Source of the DNA: a virus | Direction: 5' to 3' (one strand) | Length of the DNA stretch: 28,629 nucleotides | IMG/VR virus record: IMGVR_UViG_3300028045_000070 | Shown: positions 8,692 to 16,097 of the stretch, one piece after another | Layout of the letters: the number at the start of each line of letters is the position of its first letter | How positions within the stretch are numbered: position 1 is the first letter of the stretch | The notes under the pieces: generated by a model | What the model saw: the letters and a program-made list of their open reading frames with translations, nothing else | Told to the model about the DNA's origin: nothing | Database searches by the model: none | Program-made: the position numbers and the translations under genes

Positions 8692-8990
8692 TAATTCTTC
8701 TCCAGGCGAGGGAACAGAGGCTCGCACTTAACGATTTTCTCAGCCAGAAGATTATCAAGAATCTTTTCTGCCGTTTCGGGAATTACGGGAGAAGCTAGAT
8801 TTACCAAGAAAATAACATCATTGACCAGAGTTGTTAAGACTTGCGTCAGACGCTCAGTCTCTCCCTTCTTGTAGAGTTCCCAAGGTTTTTCATCTTCGAT
8901 GGTTTTATTAGCTTGCCGAAGACGAGTCCAGATATCCTCCAAACCTTCTTTAAAGCGCAGATCGCGATATTCTTCTGGAACTCTCGACAT
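8691..8990 (-). CDS. stand-alone fragment resembling the C-terminal anticodon-binding domain of methionyl-tRNA synthetase
   Basis: KPWELYKKGETERLTQVLTTLVNDVIFLVNLASPVIPETAEKILDNL...EPLFPRLE matches the MetRS helical anticodon-binding region and its terminal PLFPR motif. The ORF is only 99 aa but has its own promoter. Confidence 0.55.
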   Translation of the reverse strand: MSRVPEEYRDLRFKEGLEDIWTRLRQANKTIEDEKPWELYKKGETERLTQVLTTLVNDVIFLVNLASPVIPETAEKILDNLLAEKIVKCEPLFPRLEKN

Positions 8991-9011
8991 CTCTCACCGC
9001 CTTCTAAGGAG

Positions 9012-9039
9012 AGCTTACCTTAAGGAGGATCCCTGTCAA
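9012..9039 (-). promoter_or_regulatory. sigma70-type promoter (TTGACAGG, N16, TAAGCT)
   Basis: The minus strand reads TTGACAGGGATCCTCCTTAAGGTAAGCT, about 20 nt upstream of the 8990 ATG. Confidence 0.5.
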
Positions 9040-9054
9040 GGGACTGTAATCTTA

Positions 9055-9441
9055 CTATTGATTTGCTGAATGCTTAGGAGCATAGAAAGTACAAAGTTCA
9101 GTCCCAGCAGATACATCCTTCAGGGCGATGAAATCTAATAATCTGTTCTGGTCCCTGCCATTGATACTATAAAAAACATTTGGTGTCTTAGAGTGGTTGA
9201 ATATTGATCCATACCCGAAAACAACTAAGGCACCCTTTGGGTTACAGTGAGATTTAAAAACATAATTCTGCAGAATATTTGATTGGTCATATATCATATC
9301 CTTGTGAACTTCAACAAAAGGACAAATCTCTAATAGTTCCCCTTTTCGGATAGAACTTTTAGCGAAAACACCATAACCCGCTCCGGGAATTTTACTTTTA
9401 CCGATTATGAGTTTTACAGGCCCCTGGTACTTAGAATACAT
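9055..9441 (-). CDS. minimal SET-domain lysine methyltransferase (vSET-like, 128 aa)
   Basis: GAGYGVFAKSSIRKGELLEICPF is the SET-N GxG motif. FNHSKTPNV is the NHSxxPN motif. AGTELCTFY supplies the catalytic Tyr region. The overall layout resembles Chlorella virus vSET. Confidence 0.7.
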   Translation of the reverse strand: MYSKYQGPVKLIIGKSKIPGAGYGVFAKSSIRKGELLEICPFVEVHKDMIYDQSNILQNYVFKSHCNPKGALVVFGYGSIFNHSKTPNVFYSINGRDQNRLLDFIALKDVSAGTELCTFYAPKHSANQ

Positions 9442-9472
9442 ATGTTTATATTACCAAATAGGCGCATCATTG

Positions 9473-10165
9473 CTAATCTTGAAAAGATCTAAAACCAAAC
9501 CTAGCTCTTAGGAAATCCACAATATCTTGAACTTTTTCTGTTTCAACATATGGCCCGATTCCCTCGTCATAAGGACTGCAAACATCTTGGTGAGGAAAGC
9601 CGTATAGCAACCCACCAAAGTCATATTGTGTTGTTTTTAGAGTAACTATGGCTTCATCCATGCCATCCCACTCAACCTCTGTGTCGTATTCCGACCCTTT
9701 AACATAATTGTCAATTTCTGTTTGTTTTTCTATGTCTGATTCCTCTATCCAAGGAGGATGATCATCCTCGAAAAAATACCTTTTTACTACAACAGGGGCC
9801 ACGCTAAACATAAATTCCCATTGAGTGTAGCCATAAATGTCGTTAAGAAACTTTCTCGGCTTGCAGTATAAGCCAGGACCGGCTTGTATTGATAGAAAGT
9901 AGCTGCGTTGCGAGTATGGGTGTTCTATATCTTCTTGACCAAAGACCAGAGCATCAAAAGTTGGGCCGAAGTCCTTGTTCTTCTTATTCAACAAAGTTCT
10001 AAAATCTATTGGCTCCTGGTTTTGAAGCACATGCCTGGTCCCGGCATATAAGATCCTAGGTTCAACCTCAAGCCCCCTTCTTCTGCAGTAAATAAAGGCA
10101 CGGCTGCAAGCCTCTTCATCGCCTTGAAAACATTGTCTTTCCAGTTCGCGGTATTTTTCATCCAT
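9473..10165 (-). CDS. hypothetical protein
   Basis: 230-aa ORF with no recognisable motif. Confidence 0.45.
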   Translation of the reverse strand: MDEKYRELERQCFQGDEEACSRAFIYCRRRGLEVEPRILYAGTRHVLQNQEPIDFRTLLNKKNKDFGPTFDALVFGQEDIEHPYSQRSYFLSIQAGPGLYCKPRKFLNDIYGYTQWEFMFSVAPVVVKRYFFEDDHPPWIEESDIEKQTEIDNYVKGSEYDTEVEWDGMDEAIVTLKTTQYDFGGLLYGFPHQDVCSPYDEGIGPYVETEKVQDIVDFLRARFGFRSFQD

Positions 10166-10187
10166 GAACGTATTTTACCAAACCCTC

Positions 10188-10652
10188 TCAAAAATAAAGA
10201 GGAGGAATCTGGTCTACCGCCCAACAACTATCATCCAACAGATAATCAATAAAGGTTTCAGCGTCGTCAGTGCTAAAATTACTTTTCTGCCAAAACTCAT
10301 ATTTTGATCGTTCTTTGATGGGCGTTACTAGCTGACTCGGATCTAATCCAAATTGTGTGGCCGTGATATCAACGATGTAATCGCCATATTCCACATAACA
10401 GTGCCCACTAAGGTCTTCATCATCTAACCAAACAACAAGCTGGGGCTTGAACCGCTCATCCGCCATATTGAGCACAACCGCATTATTGAGCATGTGGAAA
10501 ACTTTCATCGCCCCATATGCACATAATCCGGTCATACTACTATAACCACCAACCTCTTCTTTATACAGTTCTAGCGACACCCGCGCTTTTGAGGCCACCT
10601 TTTTGATAATACTACTTGTTAGCATGAGAATCTTCTTTAACTTGGTCCCCAA
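10188..10652 (-). CDS. possible transglutaminase-like cysteine peptidase (Cys-His-Asp)
   Basis: GLCAYGAMKVF...GHCYVEYGDYIVDITATQ places the three residues in the order expected for a transglutaminase-like core. The start codon is uncertain. Confidence 0.35.
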   Translation of the reverse strand: MGTKLKKILMLTSSIIKKVASKARVSLELYKEEVGGYSSMTGLCAYGAMKVFHMLNNAVVLNMADERFKPQLVVWLDDEDLSGHCYVEYGDYIVDITATQFGLDPSQLVTPIKERSKYEFWQKSNFSTDDAETFIDYLLDDSCWAVDQIPPLYF

Positions 10653-10750
10653 TCATATGGACCCAGGGCAGCCACATAGCACTCCAGGTTCTAGATTGAA
10701 CTAGCCCCCAAACCGAATAAGAAGCCTGCTCCTCTATAGCAACCCCATGA

Positions 10751-10806
10751 ACAATAGCTATACGAACAATAGCTACATCTACATGCATAGCTACATCTAC
10801 ATGCAT
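10751..10806. repeat. short tandem direct repeats (2x18 bp agctacatctacatgcat and 2x10 bp acaatagcta)
   Basis: Read directly from the sequence in the intergenic/3'UTR space between the 10188 and 10810 genes. Confidence 0.6.
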
Positions 10807-10809
10807 CAA

Positions 10810-11094
10810 TTACTGCCCATGAATCTTCAAAATCTCTTCGAGAATTAGCTTAGGGGTAACGCGGAACTCATATTCTTCCCAATCAAATGGGTAGCCAAAC
10901 TCCTCTGCAAAACCCTCCTCGCTGATACCAGTAAGGTCTTCTGGTGTTCGCGTGTAAGTTGTCTTGTGATCCGCAGTTCTAATCATAATAGTACGGCCAC
11001 GAAACTCCCAAGACCAAACCTCTTTCTGAGAAAGATGGATCTTCCGTTTGAGGGGTTTATGTTTCGCTATCTTTTTTTGATCTCGCTGTTTCAT
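10810..11094 (-). CDS. hypothetical protein
   Basis: The internal ATG (MKQRDQKK) overlaps the stop of an upstream 43-aa ORF (ATGA). Confidence 0.4.
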   Translation of the reverse strand: MKQRDQKKIAKHKPLKRKIHLSQKEVWSWEFRGRTIMIRTADHKTTYTRTPEDLTGISEEGFAEEFGYPFDWEEYEFRVTPKLILEEILKIHGQ

Positions 11095-11222
11095 GGCTTC
11101 AAACACCTTACTTGGCCGCAGTTGACACATTTATACGTGTCATTCCACTTGTCTCCTGAGACGAAGACATAAGTAGTTTCCTTTTTACACACGGTGCAGT
11201 TACGTTCGATTGTTCTGCTCAT
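11091..11222 (-). CDS. 43-aa zinc-ribbon ORF
   Basis: Manual translation gives MSRTIERNCTVCKKETTYVFVSGDKWNDTYKCVNCGQVRCLKP, coupled to the next gene. Confidence 0.35.
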   Translation of the reverse strand: MSRTIERNCTVCKKETTYVFVSGDKWNDTYKCVNCGQVRCLKP

Positions 11223-11226
11223 TGGA

Positions 11227-11469
11227 TTAGCTCTCAATCTCACCCTTACGATTCATCGTAGGGCGCTTCTTTAATTTAGCTCGCTGTTTGTCAGTCATGG
11301 TAGTTCTACACCACTCAACACTGTAAGTCTTTATTACGTTCTTGATATAAGTATCAATGGCTGGATGGAACGCGATAGAATCCACCAGCCCCATCCGCTT
11401 TTTGAACCAGGTTGACCCAAACACCAAGGGTAAGAGCGCAACAATCCCAACCACCAACCTCAATAGCAA
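11227..11469 (-). CDS. small protein with a hydrophobic N-terminus
   Basis: 80-aa ORF. Confidence 0.3.
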   Translation of the reverse strand: MLLRLVVGIVALLPLVFGSTWFKKRMGLVDSIAFHPAIDTYIKNVIKTYSVEWCRTTMTDKQRAKLKKRPTMNRKGEIES

Positions 11470-11486
11470 ACATTTCTTCTCCGTGG

Positions 11487-11669
11487 CTACCTAAGCCGGT
11501 CAATCATCTCGCGAAAAAGAATATCAAGCATTTCCTCTGCCTTTTTACGACGCTCTTTGCGGCGGTCTTCGGCATAACCACTAGGATCATAATTGGGAAG
11601 CTCCTCATTGCGGGCTTCCCTGTATTCGTCTACTGCGTCAAACAGCTTGTCGTATTTGTTGTATTTCAT
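11487..11669 (-). CDS. small charged hypothetical protein
   Basis: 60-aa ORF whose start overlaps the upstream stop. Confidence 0.35.
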   Translation of the reverse strand: MKYNKYDKLFDAVDEYREARNEELPNYDPSGYAEDRRKERRKKAEEMLDILFREMIDRLR

Positions 11670-11875
11670 AGATTTTCAGGCCAATTACTATTAAAACTTT
11701 TAACGATCTCGCCCTTGATGATAGCGCAATCCCATCGGGTAAAACCACGCTTCTTCATCCGCTCAATATGAGCCTTTAGCCCCGCAGCTTTAGCTTCCAC
11801 CAACAGAATCTCTCCATCGGTTTCTCTCTGAAATATCAATACATGAGTGAACATTATAGCTCTAGCAAAGAACAA
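11666..11875 (-). CDS. small hypothetical protein
   Basis: 69-aa ORF. An internal start at MFTHV is also possible. Confidence 0.35.
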   Translation of the reverse strand: MFFARAIMFTHVLIFQRETDGEILLVEAKAAGLKAHIERMKKRGFTRWDCAIIKGEIVKSFNSNWPENL

Positions 11876-11961
11876 TTAGGGCAACGTCGGACCAGTTTTT
11901 TAAGTGGTGCCAGTCCTCCACATCCGATAGGTAAAAGCACTACCCTAATTGTTAGTTGATT

Positions 11962-12324
11962 TTAGCGATGGCGACGACGAGGCGTAGTGCGACGACGAGG
12001 CGTAATCACGCGATAACGAGGCGTAACCACACGACTACGACGAGCGCCCCGACGACGATGACGTGGGCGGTAGATGGGACGTGGGCGATAGATAGGCCGA
12101 CGCGGGCGATAGATAGGCCGACGTGCGCGGGGGCGCTGCGTCCGGTAACGGGGCGTGCAAATTCGCTGTGGGTAGCAGAACTTTACACGACGTGCAACAC
12201 GCACATAAGTTCTACCGCAACGCTGGTAGCTATAAACCACACGGGTTCCACAAGCCTCAGCAGTCGAGGTAAAAGTTGTCAAACTCAGCACAACGGCTGC
12301 CAAAAACGCAAAAATAGTTTTCAT
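11962..12324 (-). CDS. secreted Cys-containing protein with Pro/Arg-rich PIYRPR tandem repeats
   Basis: The signal peptide is MKTIFAFLAAVVLSLTTFTSTAEA. GGAG lies 8 nt upstream of the ATG. The mature part contains RRPIYRPRRPIYRPRPIYRPRHRRR, and the opposite-strand ORF is a shadow. Confidence 0.55.
   Translation of the reverse strand: MKTIFAFLAAVVLSLTTFTSTAEACGTRVVYSYQRCGRTYVRVARRVKFCYPQRICTPRYRTQRPRARRPIYRPRRPIYRPRPIYRPRHRRRGARRSRVVTPRYRVITPRRRTTPRRRHR
12062..12124. repeat. roughly 3x21 bp tandem repeat (gggcgatagataggccgacg) encoding the PIYRPR repeats
   Basis: Read directly from the sequence. Confidence 0.6.
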
Positions 12325-12373
12325 TTAGAAATCTCCAGTTCTAAACCCAGTAGAACATAGTCAGATCGCTCTG

Positions 12374-12514
12374 TCAAGAGCCCGCTGTATCTTTGATAGC
12401 TTTTACTATCAAATAAACTCCCAGCCAAAAGTTGGCTAGCGTAAAAATACCAAATCCACTCCAAAAGAGGAAGTAAACACAGTCTTTGCTGATGCCAAGA
12501 TCCGCTAGTCCCAT
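12374..12514 (-). CDS. 46-aa putative membrane peptide
   Basis: Manual translation gives MGLADLGISKDCVYFLFWSGFGIFTLANFWLGVYLIVKAIKDTAGS. Its TGA stop lies inside the TTGACA box of the downstream promoter. Confidence 0.25.
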   Translation of the reverse strand: MGLADLGISKDCVYFLFWSGFGIFTLANFWLGVYLIVKAIKDTAGS

Positions 12515-12642
12515 TTAATTATCCTTATCCTTTAGCTGATCCATCGTACCGCTTTGCTTGCAATACTGGCATTCCCAGTTATCGAGAGGGGGCTTTCCTT
12601 TACGGCTCATCCAATTATGAGGGTTGTTAGTCATTCTATTTC

Positions 12643-13029
12643 CTATCCCTCGCTATTAGGATGTAACTCTATAAGCTGATTCAACAAAACATCTTCATTG
12701 TCGGGAAGATTATTATTGCGAGCTTGATTAAGCAAACACGATTCCACGGATCCTTCGATCCTGCCACCCTTGACCAGAGCTACTACAGTTCGCATAGTCC
12801 AGGGAAGTGCTGTCAACCAGCCCTCTACCCAGCTACGATCCTCGGTTTTGCATACCCCAGCAGCATACTGGACTAGCGCGTACACACAAACACCCGACTG
12901 CAAAGCATAGTCGGGTGTTAGGTGCAACTCAGGCAAGCGCACAAGGACACTATCAAGAAAACTGTCAAAAGTAGTGTGCAAACCAAAACCGATGGTCTGC
13001 TTAGAAGGGGCAGGGGCCGGGGCAATCAT
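12643..13029 (-). CDS. hypothetical protein
   Basis: 128-aa ORF. Confidence 0.4.
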   Translation of the reverse strand: MIAPAPAPSKQTIGFGLHTTFDSFLDSVLVRLPELHLTPDYALQSGVCVYALVQYAAGVCKTEDRSWVEGWLTALPWTMRTVVALVKGGRIEGSVESCLLNQARNNNLPDNEDVLLNQLIELHPNSEG

Positions 13030-13232
13030 GCTAACCTCGTGGTAGATGTAGGTGTAGATGTAGATAATGCGTCATTGATAATGCAGGATAGGTCGGGAAG
13101 AGGTTTATTGCACTCTTCACAAGGTTGGTTGCACTCTGTCCAATGATAGCTATGTTCGTCGTAACGATATGGTGCTCCGCAGGGGCATTTGTAGTCATAA
13201 CAGTAGCAGCTATGCGGATTGCAGGGGAGCAC
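13026..13232 (-). CDS. small Cys-rich protein
   Basis: Nine Cys in 68 aa, including CPCG and CEEC. Confidence 0.35.
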   Translation of the reverse strand: MLPCNPHSCYCYDYKCPCGAPYRYDEHSYHWTECNQPCEECNKPLPDLSCIINDALSTSTPTSTTRLA

Positions 13233-13235
13233 GGC

Positions 13236-13508
13236 CTATTGTTCCTTTTTGAAGGCTCCACAACTGCAACCCCTCCAGAGATCGCACTTGCAGGTATTCA
13301 AAGTACCCTTCCACAGATTAACAGCTTTCAGGAGACAGGTAATACAGCCCCGAAATTCCAGAGATTTATCGTGAACCCCACTAGAATCTTTAGGTGGGTG
13401 GACGGTAATCTCCCCAGGAGACAAAAAGTCTTTTTCGCAATACTGGCATTGTGTTTCTTTAATCATCAACCAGGGTTTCACTCTCGGGGTCTTTCCACTC
13501 ACCATCAT
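13236..13508 (-). CDS. small Cys-rich protein
   Basis: CQYC, CITC and CKCD...CSCG motifs. Confidence 0.35.
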   Translation of the reverse strand: MMVSGKTPRVKPWLMIKETQCQYCEKDFLSPGEITVHPPKDSSGVHDKSLEFRGCITCLLKAVNLWKGTLNTCKCDLWRGCSCGAFKKEQ

Positions 13509-13559
13509 TGCAGGAGCATGGCTTTAGGTGCCCGATGTCGCAAAATTGCATGTAGTCCA

Positions 13560-13766
13560 TTAACGGAGCTTCCTTTCTTCTAGGGTGATAGTCCATTCCG
13601 TAGTTCCCCAATATCCGTCTTCGGGGTTGGAAAACTCGGGATCTCCCTTATGCTCAGCGGAAATGTCTTTAATGGCCTTGGCTCTATCGGCCCAAGTGCC
13701 TACGCACTCGACCTCATCGCCCTTGCGGTAACCGATAACACCAACAAAGATATTAGTCATGTTCAC
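13560..13766 (-). CDS. small hypothetical protein
   Basis: 68-aa ORF. Confidence 0.35.
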   Translation of the reverse strand: MNMTNIFVGVIGYRKGDEVECVGTWADRAKAIKDISAEHKGDPEFSNPEDGYWGTTEWTITLEERKLR

Positions 13767-14125
13767 TAAACCTCGTAAGAGGTGACTGTTTGTTTTGGCT
13801 TGGGGATAACAACACCACCCTTAATAATGAGAATGGCATCCTCTCCCCAGTAGTTAGGGTCGTTGTTTTTCCTAAGCTCTTCGGCGGTCAAAAACTTTGC
13901 GTCTTCCCCCCAATAACCCCCAGTAAGACCCTCCGTTACCTGTTCTTTGGTTTGGGGCGTAATACTGACATCTCCGTCAGAACAGGTAACTACAAAATAC
14001 ATTTCAGACATTAATACTCCCAGGAGGCAGACGGCCCAGGGGCGGGTCATCCTCATTGTTGCACTCATCACAAGGGATAGTTCCTTCATCCCTTGTATCA
14101 ATCCATCGTTCTCCATCGCAGACAC
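13766..14125 (-). CDS. hypothetical protein with a duplicated YWGED motif
   Basis: GGYWGEDAKF and NYWGEDAILI occur in the same ORF. The true start may be internal. Confidence 0.35.
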   Translation of the reverse strand: MSAMENDGLIQGMKELSLVMSATMRMTRPWAVCLLGVLMSEMYFVVTCSDGDVSITPQTKEQVTEGLTGGYWGEDAKFLTAEELRKNNDPNYWGEDAILIIKGGVVIPKPKQTVTSYEV

Positions 14126-14137
14126 CGCAAGGAAGCA

Positions 14138-15211
14138 CTAAGCACCAAAGTAGTGCAGCACAAAGTACCAACCAGCCATATCTACAGCAGCAAACAAAGC
14201 CACTACTGCCAGACCAATCTTAACCTTGCTGCTAGGGTTCGACACCTTAGCCCAGGCCCTCTTCACAAGACCAGGACTCTTGGTAGTCAGCATAGCAACA
14301 TTCAAGTGGGTTTTTTCTCCAGAAGGAGACTCTACCTGCCAAACATTTGCTGAAACCTTAGCAAGCAGAATGTAAGATGCACTCTTGAAGACGTGGTAAA
14401 CCTTCATTCCAGCGATAAACGACTGTTGGGCAATCTCTACACGGGCCTTACCCGGAGCAACCTCTTCCGCAGCATCTTGGTAGTGGGTTGAGACGACAGC
14501 CTCAAGGACGTTTTTAGCTGTAAGCAATTTCGGTGTATCTGGCTCGTTCATAACTGGTTCCTTAATCTCTGTCTTACCCATTGTAGTGGCGGGGTCTACG
14601 CCGAAGAATGATGTGCCATACTTGTCGAAGTAGGTTCCCTCTGCAAGATTTCCAGGTGGCTTCCCGCTGGCAAATGCGGCAGAATAAGATGCCTTCCCGG
14701 TGGCAAATGCGGCAGCATAGGATGCTTGCCACTCTCGACACTGGCAGCCAAAGCCCATCAACTCCTTCATAGTGCAAGAGCACAAATCAATTTCTTGACA
14801 AGGATTTGTTTGTCCCGAAGGGGCTTGAAAGTAGCCTGGCTCATAAGGCTCATATTGCTCGGTTGAGCACAATTCCGGGTGTTTTGGTTTTGCTGTTTTC
14901 ATATCAAAAGCTCCTTCGCTCGTAAACCTATCAGGATAGCCAGAAAAAATCGCATTCAACTCGCGGAACTTCTTTGCCACGATCTTTGCTTTGCACTTAT
15001 ATCCGACTTTTTCGGCGCACCCCGGATGATACCACTTATGATAATCGCCCCAATCGGAGGAGTTTGCCGGAACACCGACGCGGGTTGACTTATCCGCAAT
15101 TAGCTCCTGGCATTCTCGGCATTTGCTGGTGCCCGATTTAGCAGTCGCTACGATGAAAGCCTTCTTTTTCTTTTTCCGTTTCGTCTTTGGCATACTCGCG
15201 CTCGCGCTCAT
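14138..15211 (-). CDS. PARP-type zinc-finger (zf-PARP) protein with the paralog-family C-terminal domain and TM anchor (family member 2)
   Basis: AKSGTSKCRECQELI-x27-HKWYHPGC has the same spacing as the PARP1 nick-sensor finger (C-x2-C-x28-H-x2-C) and follows a KKKKKK stretch. The C-terminus HYQDAAEEVAPGKARVEIAQQSFIAGMKVYHVFK... ends in a TM helix. The start was set at the internal ATG 15211, which the promoter geometry makes leaderless. Confidence 0.7.
   Translation of the reverse strand: MSASASMPKTKRKKKKKAFIVATAKSGTSKCRECQELIADKSTRVGVPANSSDWGDYHKWYHPGCAEKVGYKCKAKIVAKKFRELNAIFSGYPDRFTSEGAFDMKTAKPKHPELCSTEQYEPYEPGYFQAPSGQTNPCQEIDLCSCTMKELMGFGCQCREWQASYAAAFATGKASYSAAFASGKPPGNLAEGTYFDKYGTSFFGVDPATTMGKTEIKEPVMNEPDTPKLLTAKNVLEAVVSTHYQDAAEEVAPGKARVEIAQQSFIAGMKVYHVFKSASYILLAKVSANVWQVESPSGEKTHLNVAMLTTKSPGLVKRAWAKVSNPSSKVKIGLAVVALFAAVDMAGWYFVLHYFGA
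14661..14726. repeat. 2x33 bp intragenic tandem duplication (encodes ASYAAAFATGK / ASYSAAFASGK)
   Basis: Read directly from the sequence. Confidence 0.6.
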
Positions 15212-15218
15212 TTTTCCT

Positions 15219-15247
15219 ATTAGATCACGCAGGGCGGGATCTGTCAA
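15219..15247 (-). promoter_or_regulatory. sigma70-type promoter (TTGACAG, N17, TCTAAT) with the ATG 7 nt after the -10
   Basis: The minus strand reads TTGACAGATCCCGCCCTGCGTGATCTAATAGGAAAAATG. Confidence 0.5.
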
Positions 15248-15255
15248 TGGAAGCC

Positions 15256-15603
15256 TCAAAGCCAAACCAGAGCCAAGCTGCCCCTTTTATTTTCGGTATC
15301 GACCTCTACAACAGGATGCAGTTTCTTGTCTTTGCCTAAAGGGGCAACACCTTGCAATTTAAGCTCTTTTTCAAGAGTTTTAACTGCGTGGCCGGGATTA
15401 AATGCTGCAACAATTTCTATTGCTTCATCCAAAGAACGACATTCATAGTAACGCTTATCACTTTTCCAGTTGAGCAGGCATTGGATGGTCATCCAATTAA
15501 AGCCGATGGACACACCTGTAAGAGATATAAGATTCTCGCCCTCATTACATGGAATTGCACAAAGAATATCAGAAAGCTGCTGTAGTTTCTCGAAATCAAT
15601 CAC
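15256..15603 (-). CDS. hypothetical protein (start uncertain)
   Basis: The track ORF 15256-15753 overlaps the upstream gene by 158 nt. A GTG at 15601-15603, preceded by AGGACGG and overlapping the upstream TGA (GTGATTGA), is a plausible coupled start. Confidence 0.35.
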   Translation of the reverse strand: MIDFEKLQQLSDILCAIPCNEGENLISLTGVSIGFNWMTIQCLLNWKSDKRYYECRSLDEAIEIVAAFNPGHAVKTLEKELKLQGVAPLGKDKKLHPVVEVDTENKRGSLALVWL

Positions 15604-16021
15604 CACAACCGTCCTGGGTCTTTTTATGAGGAGGCATACAAGTGCGGCACAAGCATTCCGCACACGCCAGGATCTTTGTATACTTTGGAGGGCTGTTTTC
15701 GTCCGTAATGCGGACCAGATTTTGGATTTCTGCTCGATCTGAGCCACAATCACAACCAGCCTCTACATCCCCAACCACAAAACTCTCTACATCCCCAACC
15801 CCAAAACTCACAGTATGCTCCTCCCAGATCCTCTTAATGGCTTTTCCACTATCTGTTTCATGGAAAAGACAAGGCTGACCAAGATGCTGATCTTTATCGT
15901 GGTCACACTCGATCTTAAACTCGTTCACAAAGGCTTGCCCCAACCTGAGATGTGGAAACCCTCCTGTATTGAATTTCTGCAAGAAAGGCCGGATCTGAGC
16001 ATAACTAACTTTGTTCTTCAT
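15596..16021 (-). CDS. hypothetical Cys-containing protein
   Basis: 141-aa ORF whose ATG lies 5 nt after a TAGGAT -10, so the transcript is leaderless. Confidence 0.45.
   Translation of the reverse strand: MKNKVSYAQIRPFLQKFNTGGFPHLRLGQAFVNEFKIECDHDKDQHLGQPCLFHETDSGKAIKRIWEEHTVSFGVGDVESFVVGDVEAGCDCGSDRAEIQNLVRITDENSPPKYTKILACAECLCRTCMPPHKKTQDGCGD
15761..15806. repeat. 2x22 bp intragenic tandem repeat (ctctacatccccaacc[a/c]caaaa)
   Basis: Read directly from the sequence. It encodes GVGDVESFVVGDVEAG. Confidence 0.55.
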
Positions 16022-16026
16022 ACCTA

Positions 16027-16055
16027 ATCCTAGATCATTAGCGGATTTCTGTCAA
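16027..16055 (-). promoter_or_regulatory. sigma70-type promoter (TTGACA, N17, TAGGAT), leaderless
   Basis: The minus strand reads TTGACAGAAATCCGCTAATGATCTAGGATTAGGTATG. Confidence 0.5.
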
Positions 16056-16064
16056 GACACACAA

Positions 16065-16088
16065 GGGGGCAGAATTTCTTCTGCCCCC
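16065..16088 (-). terminator. intrinsic terminator hairpin downstream of the MVP gene
   Basis: GGGGGCAGAA, a TTTC loop and TTCTGCCCCC form a perfect 10-bp GC-rich stem placed 10 nt after the MVP stop. Confidence 0.6.
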
Positions 16089-16097
16089 CGTGGTCTA

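Noticed and set aside
8691-8990. Full metG (methionyl-tRNA synthetase) gene
   Set aside because: Only the C-terminal anticodon-binding portion is present. The 64 bp upstream are promoter, followed by the SET gene, so this is a fragment and not the housekeeping enzyme.
10751-10806. Possible CRISPR-like short repeats
   Set aside because: There are only two adjacent copies of an 18-bp unit with no spacers. No other regularly spaced repeat array exists in the window, so this is not a CRISPR.
11956-12360. 134-aa plus-strand ORF (TTRR repeats) overlapping the PR-repeat gene
   Set aside because: It is the mirror frame of the tandem repeat. The minus-strand ORF has a canonical signal peptide and SD, so it is taken as the real gene.
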